Shown piece after piece: positions 56,428 through 64,000 of a stretch of DNA of 64,000 bases. The translations under genes were made by a program, and so were the position numbers. Source of the DNA: a virus (taxonomy: Duplodnaviria > Caudoviricetes); the IMG/VR virus record IMGVR_UViG_2767802067_000003, positions 1 to 64,000 of that record; one strand, 5' to 3'. Each line of letters starts with the position of its first letter. The first letter of the stretch is position 1. Below the pieces are notes generated by a model. It was not told where the DNA came from and made no database searches. It saw only the letters and a list, made by a program, of their open reading frames with translations.

Positions 56428-56471
56428 CAGGCAGCCTCGGCGCTCCTATTAGTGCAACACGGCATCGGACA
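56428..56471 (-). repeat. Right copy of 44-bp inverted repeat
   Basis: Reverse complement TGTCCGATGCCGTGTTGCACTAATAGGAGCGCCGAGGCTGCCTG. Confidence 0.9.
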
Positions 56472-56499
56472 ATGCGTTGCACTAGGGGTGGCGAGTGCT

Positions 56500-57300
56500 T
56501 CAGGCGCCGGCCAGGTGAACAGCCCAGGCTGCGGCGGCTTCACCCGACCAGGCGGCCGCGCTGGTGCTGTGCCCGCAGGAGCAGGTGATGGTGTGGTTCC
56601 CGCGGCCGCCGCGCTGGGTGGGGTAGTGGTCGCTCAGGTGGCGGCCGTAGGGCTGGTGGTTGTCGCAGACACGGCCGACGTTGGCGTACGACATCCAGTA
56701 GCCCGTGATGGTCCCGGAGGGGTCGTAGTCACGGCTGCAGTCCGGGTGGAGGCACGTCTCGCGGGACAGGTACTTGGTCGGCAGGCGGCGGGAGATGTGC
56801 TCGTGGGCGAGCTTGGCCCATTGGGCGTCCGCCACCGGGTGGTGATGGTCTGCTGGCCGCGGCGGCATGTCGGGCATCCCCGCGAGCGTCCGCAGGGTGC
56901 GCAGGTCGTTGACGTGCATCGGGATCTGACGGTGGTTGTTGTTCCAGTCACTGTCGAAGAGCATCTGCAGGTTCACTTCGTCGCGGGCGCCGTAGTAGGC
57001 GTACAGCTCGGCGGGCTCGTCGCCGGGGGTCGCGGTGAACCAGGCGGTCAGGTCGTCGCGAATCTGCTCGGGGGTCTTCACGTCCGGGTGCGCGAGGTCG
57101 AGTTCGCCTGCGCGGGTGGGCAGGTGAGGCCAGACGTTGTCGCGTAGCCAGGGGTGGGCGCGGGCGGCGTCCTGGTCCATGGCCGCGTTCACGGCGAAGT
57201 ACGTGTTGCCGGAGCCGTCGGTGATGGCGAGTTCGAGCAGTCCCCCGATGGTCCGGCGGTCGGGGTGGTACTCGGTGTCGAGGTAGGTGTGTCGGGTCAC
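56500..57300 (-). CDS. Rv2179c/RNase AS-like DEDDh 3'-5' exoribonuclease with a Cys/His tail
   Basis: YLDTEY...LAIT...YFAV...WLRDNV..L...ELYAYYGARD...HHPVADA. Confidence 0.75.
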   Translation of the reverse strand: MTRHTYLDTEYHPDRRTIGGLLELAITDGSGNTYFAVNAAMDQDAARAHPWLRDNVWPHLPTRAGELDLAHPDVKTPEQIRDDLTAWFTATPGDEPAELYAYYGARDEVNLQMLFDSDWNNNHRQIPMHVNDLRTLRTLAGMPDMPPRPADHHHPVADAQWAKLAHEHISRRLPTKYLSRETCLHPDCSRDYDPSGTITGYWMSYANVGRVCDNHQPYGRHLSDHYPTQRGGRGNHTITCSCGHSTSAAAWSGEAAAAWAVHLAGA

Positions 57301-57432
57301 TGGTGGGGCTCCTGAAACTGGGGGTGTGGTTTGCCGGGAGATTTCAGTACGATGTCTGCGTCTGGGTTGTCCTTCCGCACAGTTGGTGCGGGCGGGGCAG
57401 CCCTTTTTGCTTGGCTGACGACAGTCTAGCCG

Positions 57433-57522
57433 TATTCAATTGCGCGCGCATTCGAATAGCTGTAGCGTCGGGATCATCAGCAACCGAGCGCGTCAGTACT
57501 TAGATGCGCGCGCAATTGAATA
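57433..57522. promoter_or_regulatory. Paired inverted operators between divergent genes
   Basis: TATTCAATTGCGCGCGCAT (57433-57451) and its exact reverse complement (57504-57522), abutting the AGGAGG RBS. Confidence 0.75.
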
Positions 57523-57607
57523 GGAGGACACTGGCGTGAGAACGCGCACCGCGCGTCCGCCCACCGTCCCGAGCGGTGGGCGTCCGCCCAGCAAAGGACA
57601 CCCCACG

Positions 57608-58081
57608 ATGGCCACCCGATCCACGACCAAGGCCAGCGGTCTCGGCCACCGCCTGCTCGCCGCCGCGACGTTCCTCAAGGAACTGGGAACCCCGGAGGCG
57701 GCCGAGCATGCCGCTGCCGTCGCTGAGGCGGCCGCACGGGAAAGCCGTGTCCGTTCACGGCCTGACAACCCGACCCTGACCCTGTACGTCCACACGGACA
57801 CGTGGAAGCAGGCGCAGGAGGACGCCACCCCCGACCATCCGGTCACGGCTGAGGTCGATGAGGGTCTGCAGCTCTTCCTCGCAGGCGAGTTCATTCCGGA
57901 GCGGCCGGTGCGTGCGAAGCGCGGCACCTCCGCCAAGGAGACCGTCACCGTTCGCAGCACCACGGAACGCCGCGACCAGGTCGCCAACTACGCGCAGGCC
58001 GAGGCCAGCGAACGCGGCTGGGAACCGACCGTGAACCAGGTCGCCGCCGCGTGGCTGGAGCACCGCTACCCGCCGCGCTGA
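57608..58081 (+). CDS. Probable tandem ribbon-helix-helix DNA-binding protein
   Basis: Two strand-helix-helix units (TLTLYVHTDTWKQAQ; TVTVRSTTERRDQV). Alternative GTG start at 57536. Confidence 0.5.
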   Translation: MATRSTTKASGLGHRLLAAATFLKELGTPEAAEHAAAVAEAAARESRVRSRPDNPTLTLYVHTDTWKQAQEDATPDHPVTAEVDEGLQLFLAGEFIPERPVRAKRGTSAKETVTVRSTTERRDQVANYAQAEASERGWEPTVNQVAAAWLEHRYPPR

Positions 58082-58167
58082 TGTCCAGGCGGGCGGCAGG
58101 TTCCCGGAAGCCGACACTGGGCTGCCCCCGCCTCCATGAGCCCCCTTTCGTCTTGGAGTACCCCCAA

Positions 58168-59259
58168 GTGCCACCGAAGATCAAATCCCGCAAGCCAACC
58201 GGCATCGTGCCCTTCCCTCTGATCCTCATCGAGGGTGATGAGGGAGCCGGGAAGACGTACAGCGCGATCGAGTTCAGCGCCTCCGACAAGGTCGGCCAGA
58301 TGTATGTGCTCGATCTCGCCGAAGGCTCGGCCGACGAGTACGGGGCGATTCCCGGTGCCCGGTTCGAGGTGATCGAGCATGACGGTTCCTACCTGGACAT
58401 CGCCGAACAGGTCGAGGCGGTCAAGGCCGAGGCCCGCCGCGTTGCTGAGGCCGGCGAGAAGCCGGTCGTCCTCGCCATCGACTCCGGGACGGCCCTGTGG
58501 CGGATGCTCTCGGACTGGGCCTACGAGCGTGCCCGCCGAACCGACAACAACCGGGCGAAGCTGGAGCGCAACCCGGACGCGAACGTCGACGTGACGCGGA
58601 ACCTGTGGAACGACTCCACCAACCGGTGGTACCGCGTCATCCACGCACTTCAGACCTTTCCCGGTATCGCGATCATCCTGGCCAGGGGCAAGGACATCTC
58701 CGCGACGGACGAGAACGGCCAGCCGCTGCTCGACGAGCGGCGCCGCGTCGTGCGGGAGTGGAAGGTCGCGGCCCAGAAGGACCTCGGGTTCGACTCCACC
58801 GTCTGGATTCGGATGCGCCGCGACCAGGACCCGCAGCTGATCAAGGCCCGCACACTTCGCTTCCGCGTCGAAAGCGGCAAGCCCATGCCGTTGCCTGGGT
58901 TCTCCATCGAACGCCTGGTGTTCGATCTCCTGGGGTGCTCGGCCGAGAGTCAGCCCCGGAACATGCCGGCGCTCACCGGGGACCGCACCGGGCCGTGGAT
59001 GGCGCGTATCGCGGCGGCCCTGGACCGCGACGCGTGCGTGAAGCTCTGGAAGGAGCTCGACGCCGGGCCCGCTACCGGGCTGAGCGAGACCGAGTGGAAG
59101 ACCGTGCGCCTGGCCGTCCAGGAACGGGTCCGACAGCTTGCCGCACCCGCCGCCGACATCGATGGCACTCCTGACGACGATGCCAGTCGTCTGCGGGCGG
59201 CAGCGGAAGCACAGCAGGCGGAGGCCGACGCCGAATTCACCGGCCAGGAAGCGGCGTAG
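58168..59259 (+). CDS. AAA/RecA-like ATPase (Sak4-type annealase)
   Basis: GDEGAGKT Walker A, LAIDSGT Walker B, QKDLGFD. Confidence 0.8.
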   Translation: MPPKIKSRKPTGIVPFPLILIEGDEGAGKTYSAIEFSASDKVGQMYVLDLAEGSADEYGAIPGARFEVIEHDGSYLDIAEQVEAVKAEARRVAEAGEKPVVLAIDSGTALWRMLSDWAYERARRTDNNRAKLERNPDANVDVTRNLWNDSTNRWYRVIHALQTFPGIAIILARGKDISATDENGQPLLDERRRVVREWKVAAQKDLGFDSTVWIRMRRDQDPQLIKARTLRFRVESGKPMPLPGFSIERLVFDLLGCSAESQPRNMPALTGDRTGPWMARIAAALDRDACVKLWKELDAGPATGLSETEWKTVRLAVQERVRQLAAPAADIDGTPDDDASRLRAAAEAQQAEADAEFTGQEAA

Positions 59260-59374
59260 GCGCCCCCTGACCGCCGTGGTGGGCAGCCCGGGCGGGCTGC
59301 CCACCAGCTTCCGTCCCCACGAATCAGCGCACCCGCGAACGCGGGACCGCGTGCCTACCGGGAAGTGCTCACCC

Positions 59375-60505
59375 ATGTCCGCCCCTCCTGCGCCGTCCCC
59401 CTCGATCTGGATAGCGGCCGATGCCGTCGACCGTGCTCGACCACGATCCAAGCAGCGGCAGCTCGGTGCCTCGGACACGGTGTGCGAACGCCGTGCCGCA
59501 TACGTCTATCACGGGTGGCCCCGCACCGATCACGTCATCAGCCGGGCCGCCATCCTCGGCACGTACATCCACGAAGGCCTGACTACCGCCGCGAAGCGGG
59601 AGTTCGGGTGGCTGGTGGAGAAGCGCGTCGCCGACGAAGAGATCCGGGGCACCATCGACATCGTCCAGTTAGACCAGGCGACAGCCCGGCGACTGCCCCG
59701 CCGGCTCCGACCGAAAGTCCCCGCCGACGTCAACACCGTCGAGGACATCAAGACGAAGACCGTCCGACGCTGGGACCGGGTGCTCCGGTATGGCGCGACC
59801 GATGCCGAGCTTCGTCAAGTCCATACCTACGCCCGTGTCCTACGCACCCATGGCTTCCTGGCGGTGGACGGGCAGCGGGCCCTGGCCCGGCTCGGGCCGA
59901 TCCCCGTCGAGAGGATCCGGATTCGGTTCATCGACCGGGACTCCGGCGAGGAGCACGTCCAGGAGATCCCGTACGACCCGCAGCGTGCGGAGGAGGCCCG
60001 CTGGTGGCTCCAGCGCATCACCGAGACGAAGTCACCCGAAGACGCCCGTAGGGACTTCTACGGCCCCGGGATCGACACGGTGTGCGACTTCTGCCCCTTC
60101 GCAACCGCTTGCTGGGGCGCTCCGGCAGCCGGTCGTCCCGTGCAGGCGAACATCGTGCGCACGGACGCCGACGTGGCGCAGAAGCTCGCGGACTACACCG
60201 CCGCGCACGAGCAGTGGTCCGCCGCCAACCGCATCAAGAAGTTCGTCCGCAAGGCAGTCGACGCCACCCCCGAGGGCCAGTACGGCGCGCACCTGCTGGA
60301 ATGGCGCAGCCCCGAAAGCGCCCAGGAGGAGCCCGACTTCCGGCAGATCATCGAGCTGTACGACGACCTGCAGGTGCCGATCCCGACCGTCCCGGACAAG
60401 GAGCGGATGGTCAAGGCGCTGATCACTGCCGGCATTGCCGTTCCCATGCGGAAGATCAAGAAAGCGGCGTCCCGCGCAATCAGCGTCTCCACCGCTGCCA
60501 AGTAG
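59375..60505 (+). CDS. Cas4/RecB-like PD-(D/E)xK exonuclease
   Basis: GAS...C.R...GTxIH, GTIDI, DIKT, QxxxY, CDFCPF...C; in-frame TTA codon at 59669. Confidence 0.85.
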   Translation: MSAPPAPSPSIWIAADAVDRARPRSKQRQLGASDTVCERRAAYVYHGWPRTDHVISRAAILGTYIHEGLTTAAKREFGWLVEKRVADEEIRGTIDIVQLDQATARRLPRRLRPKVPADVNTVEDIKTKTVRRWDRVLRYGATDAELRQVHTYARVLRTHGFLAVDGQRALARLGPIPVERIRIRFIDRDSGEEHVQEIPYDPQRAEEARWWLQRITETKSPEDARRDFYGPGIDTVCDFCPFATACWGAPAAGRPVQANIVRTDADVAQKLADYTAAHEQWSAANRIKKFVRKAVDATPEGQYGAHLLEWRSPESAQEEPDFRQIIELYDDLQVPIPTVPDKERMVKALITAGIAVPMRKIKKAASRAISVSTAAK

Positions 60506-60603
60506 GGGTCGAGCGGCCCGTGCCATGTCCGGCCGGGCCGCTCGACCTGCCGCAAGGAACTCGAGCACGACGAAAGAGCCAGTTGCCAAGACAGGGGGAG
60601 CCA

Positions 60604-60981
60604 GTGGCAGGGCAGCGAGGGCAGCCAGCCCGTATCCAGCCGAAGCAGTACACGCGTCTGATCGTCGTGCTGCGTGACAGCCCGACGATCGCGGCCGCGG
60701 CGGCCGCGATGAAGGTCGATCCCAGCACCATCTACCGGCTTTTGAAGCGCGAGCCCGTTCTCGCGCAGATGGCTGCTGCGGCACGGGCGATCGCCGCTGG
60801 CGACAAGCCCACTCCGCAGCGGGAGATCTGCGGTACCGAGTCCCGGTACGTGCTGGAGGGCTGCCGCTGCACCGACTGCACCGAGGCCGCCACGTTGGCG
60901 CGCGCGAAGCGCCGCCAGAACCTGGCTGCCGTCTACGACTCCGTCGTCCCGATGCCGATTCGGCGGGAGGACGCTGCCTGA
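60604..60981 (+). CDS. HTH + zinc-binding protein
   Basis: TIAAAAAAMKVDPSTIYR HTH; GCRCxxC motif. Confidence 0.7.
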   Translation: MAGQRGQPARIQPKQYTRLIVVLRDSPTIAAAAAAMKVDPSTIYRLLKREPVLAQMAAAARAIAAGDKPTPQREICGTESRYVLEGCRCTDCTEAATLARAKRRQNLAAVYDSVVPMPIRREDAA

Positions 60982-60995
60982 AGGGGGGAGCAATC

Positions 60996-61739
60996 TTGAC
61001 GTCCATCTATCACGACGCCGCTGTTGTCCGAGCTGGCCGTGCGGCAGGCCCGGCTGACACCCCGGTCTGCCAGTGCTGCCCGCGCCGGCTGAAGCGCGAG
61101 GAGCTGAGCGCTGGTCGCGGAGTCTGCTGGCTCTGCGAGGACCGGATCGCGAGCGGGCTGCAGGAGATCCGCACGCTGTGGCCGCGGCTCAGCGAGGTGG
61201 TGCACCAGGGCGCAGCGCCCCGGGAGGAGGGCATGCCCAAGCCGCCCAGCGGGCCGGACGGGTCTACCGCGCCCGGCAACCTGGAGGCTTATGACCTGCT
61301 GGCCGGAGGAGTCACCGGTCCGCTTCTGGCCCGTGAGGACGAGTGGCGGGCAGAGCTGCGCCGCCACGATCCTCGGTGGCCGTTGACGCCTCATCGCGGC
61401 GGTCAGGATCAGACGGTGGCTGGGGTGCTGGAGTTCCTCGGCGCCAACCTGCGCTGGGCCTGTGGCGGCGGGTACAGCGACGTGGACGATCTCGACACCG
61501 ACGTGCGCCTGCTGGTGCGGCGGATGACCGCCGTGGTCAACAACGACCGCCGGCGGCCATGCACCCTGAAGGCGCCGTGTCCGCTGCCGTCCCGCACCGA
61601 CCCGTCCGGCACGTGCGGCGGGGAGCTGGTGTACGAGCCGGTTCCGGAGGCTGTGATCCGCTGCGGGCTGTGCAAGCAGCGGATCGGCTACCAGTACTGG
61701 ACCGACCTGGTCGACGCCGCCGGTCTTCTGGCCGCCTGA
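60996..61739 (+). CDS. Zinc-ribbon phage protein
   Basis: CxCC...CxxC at the N-terminus, CP...CGG...CxxC at the C-terminus. Confidence 0.7.
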   Translation: MTSIYHDAAVVRAGRAAGPADTPVCQCCPRRLKREELSAGRGVCWLCEDRIASGLQEIRTLWPRLSEVVHQGAAPREEGMPKPPSGPDGSTAPGNLEAYDLLAGGVTGPLLAREDEWRAELRRHDPRWPLTPHRGGQDQTVAGVLEFLGANLRWACGGGYSDVDDLDTDVRLLVRRMTAVVNNDRRRPCTLKAPCPLPSRTDPSGTCGGELVYEPVPEAVIRCGLCKQRIGYQYWTDLVDAAGLLAA

Positions 61740-61749
61740 CGAAGGGAAC

Positions 61750-61983
61750 GTGTTGGTGATGTTCAAGGGTGGGCGAGAGCCGACAGCCGAAGAGACCGCC
61801 CGTCAGATCGGCGTCAACCTGATGGACCTGGCGGTGGTCCTGGCTCCGTTCTTCGACGTGGCTGACGGCATCAAGCGGGAGATGCTCGGCCGCGGCTGGT
61901 CGTCAGCCGCAGCCGAGGCTGCTGCCCTGGAATGGCTGCTGGGCATGCTGCGCCGCATGACGGCCGAGGCCGGACGTCAATGA
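61750..61983 (+). CDS. Hypothetical protein
   Basis: 77 aa, helical. Confidence 0.55.
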   Translation: MLVMFKGGREPTAEETARQIGVNLMDLAVVLAPFFDVADGIKREMLGRGWSSAAAEAAALEWLLGMLRRMTAEAGRQ

Positions 61984-62716
61984 CGCTCCGGACGACGCTG
62001 TCCAGGCATCCGCCCTGGTGACGGCCCTTTCGCTGGCCAAGCGGAAGCGGTGGTCGCCATTCCTATTAGTGCGACGCGAGTGCCGGTCCCGGTCTAGAGT
62101 GAGCCGGGCGGGTCGTTGGCTACGTCCGGTAACAAGGGGGTACGCTACAGCCTTGGCGTCTTTGCCCTGACGGGCAGTGACATGACCTCGCCTCAAAAAT
62201 CGAACTGGGGCCTTCCCGGTCTCGCGCGGCGTCGGAACCGCGTGTGCGAGTGGGAGACCCCAGGTGCAGTAGCGCCCGTTCGTGGAAGTCCGGGCCTTCT
62301 GCCGACGACACACAACCCGTCTTAGAGGAAGCGCAGTGCCGCAGGCCGATGATAGCGGGCGCCTGCCCGCATCCACTACCCCGACCCGCCTTGCCGCCGT
62401 CGAGCATCCCGCTCCGGCGCCGCATGGCGGGTCGTCGTGTTCCCGGACCGGATCTGGTCAGGGTGGTTCTCCCGAGAAGGCAGAGAGTATGAGGTAAGCC
62501 GCACGTAGGCAGCCCTCCGGGCCGCCAGGCCGGCCGAGATGTTCCACCATCTCAAGGCCAGCCGCAATGTCACCCCGCCGGGTCGAGTACCAGCTCTTCC
62601 CTGCGGACTTCACCCCCGAAGGCCTCCGGTTTCCAGGCCACCGGCCGACGGGGTTCACACCCAGAGCACCGAGACGGGGCTCTGTCGCGCCCTCTTCAGG
62701 AAGGAGGCGCACCATC

Positions 62717-64000
62717 ATGGTGCCTTACCACGCCCCTGTTCGCCAATCCACCGAGAATGCAAGCGCGTCGAAGTCCACCCGGAAGTGGTCGCCTGCCCGG
62801 ACTGAGACCATCACCGGCACCACGTCCCGGCGGACTACCCCGGCCCGGTGGTGGCGCGACGTTCAGATCGCCTACCAGGCCGGACTCATCCCCGGGGCGA
62901 CAGCCACCACGCTGACTGTCGCTCAGGACCTCGTTCCCCGCATGGACTGGACCACTGGTCGGGTCCGCTACTGCTGGGCCGGTGTGATGAACCGCACAGG
63001 CCTATCCCGGACCGCCGTCGCCACCCACATCCGCCACCTACGCGCCGCCGGCTGGCTTGCCTGGGCCGAGCACGGCAGCCACTTCAACTCCAAGCGGGCC
63101 CGCGGCCAGGAGGGATACGCAGCGACGGCGACGGTGTACGCCGCCGTGGTCCCTCCACTGTTCGACCAGCACGTCGGAAACCGGATCGAGGGCACGGGGT
63201 ACACCGCCCGGGTCATCGGGGTGACCGAGCGGGGCCGCCAGGAGCGCATCGACCGGGTTCAGCAGGACGCGGCGGCAAAGGCGTCGCGTACCCCTTCCTT
63301 GAGGGTGGTTAAGGAAGAGGGTCAGGTTCAGGTAAGTGATGGGTTTTCAACTACCACGCACGCGCGGCCGACGAAAAGCAAGCCCCGGAGGACGATTCTC
63401 GGAGCAACGGTCACCCGGGCCATGGCCGACCGCGCCGAGCGGGCTGCCCGGTACATCCGGCCACTGGTGACCTGGTGCCAGACTGCGAGCCTTCGGCAGC
63501 TGTCATGGACACTGCTCGACCTGGTCGCCCGAGGCTGGGACGAGATCCGCATCCTGGTGTGGGTCCGCGAGCAGGCGAAGACCGCTCGCGGAGGGGTGAT
63601 CTGGCGGCCCGACCGGCCGCACCGCTACCTGGCCGCGTGTCTTCACCTGGAGCGCATCCTGGAGGCGGAAGCAGCCCAGCGCGCTGCCGAAGCCGAGAAC
63701 CGCGCCGCTCCGGACACCAACCCGGAGTGGATGGCCTGGCTCGACACCCGGTCTGCGGCGGCCAAGGTGCCCCCACCGGACATTCAGCCGGAACCGGACC
63801 TGACAGTTGACGGGCTCACCCTGGAGGAGATCAACGACCTGCGCACCCAGGCCCGGGGAGAACTCGCAGCAGGCCGAGGGGAACTGGTGCGGGTCATGGT
63901 CGAGGCCCACGGTCTGGACGTCGCCCGCCGACTGCTCGGTCAGGTCGTAGACCCGGCACTACGCCTCTCCTGGGTGTCCCGGCGGACCCGACTGGCGGTG
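62717..64000 (+). CDS. Winged-HTH replication-initiator-like protein (open to the window end; not in ORF track)
   Basis: AAGGAGG RBS; 428 codons with no stop; GLSRTAVATHIRHLRAAGWL HTH and ASLRQLSW...WRPxRPH motifs, which I recall from Streptomyces plasmid Rep-type proteins. Confidence 0.6.
   Translation, partial: MVPYHAPVRQSTENASASKSTRKWSPARTETITGTTSRRTTPARWWRDVQIAYQAGLIPGATATTLTVAQDLVPRMDWTTGRVRYCWAGVMNRTGLSRTAVATHIRHLRAAGWLAWAEHGSHFNSKRARGQEGYAATATVYAAVVPPLFDQHVGNRIEGTGYTARVIGVTERGRQERIDRVQQDAAAKASRTPSLRVVKEEGQVQVSDGFSTTTHARPTKSKPRRTILGATVTRAMADRAERAARYIRPLVTWCQTASLRQLSWTLLDLVARGWDEIRILVWVREQAKTARGGVIWRPDRPHRYLAACLHLERILEAEAAQRAAEAENRAAPDTNPEWMAWLDTRSAAAKVPPPDIQPEPDLTVDGLTLEEINDLRTQARGELAAGRGELVRVMVEAHGLDVARRLLGQVVDPALRLSWVSRRTRLAV

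Noticed and set aside
43680-56471. Tn7/Tn5053-like transposon, suggested by TGT...ACA ends
   Set aside because: No target-site duplication and no DDE transposase or TnsC-like gene inside.
59375-60505. CRISPR-associated Cas4 or a CRISPR array
   Set aside because: No repeat-spacer array or other cas gene in the window; the context (next to a Sak4-like ATPase) fits phage recombination.

Overview
The whole 64 kb is phage-like, high-GC actinomycete DNA (Streptomyces/Kitasatospora-like). I recognised no host housekeeping gene and no att boundary. Order: small accessory ORFs (1-13 kb), including a 10-tRNA array at 9.96-10.81 kb; a ParB / ABC-ATPase-GNAT / ASCH / Mom-like module around the terminase genes (13.6-19.6 kb); a siphovirus head-tail operon (portal-MuF fusion, protease, capsid, tail tube, frameshifted chaperone, tape measure, tail hub) ending in three tandem tail-fibre-like + Cys/His gene pairs; a lysis module with two endolysins (to 43.6 kb); a 12.8 kb accessory block bracketed by 44-bp inverted repeats that holds a putative nuclease, two transglutaminase-like paralogues, a loxP-like site, a Cre-like recombinase, a degenerate recombinase and an HTH protein fused to a RelA zinc-finger fragment; then RNase AS-like, RHH, Sak4-like ATPase, Cas4/RecB-like exonuclease and a plasmid-type Rep-like ORF running off the right edge. 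Best overall reading (inference): a temperate phage or phage-plasmid with its own Cre/lox-like system. All family assignments come from motif recognition by eye; no database search was run.
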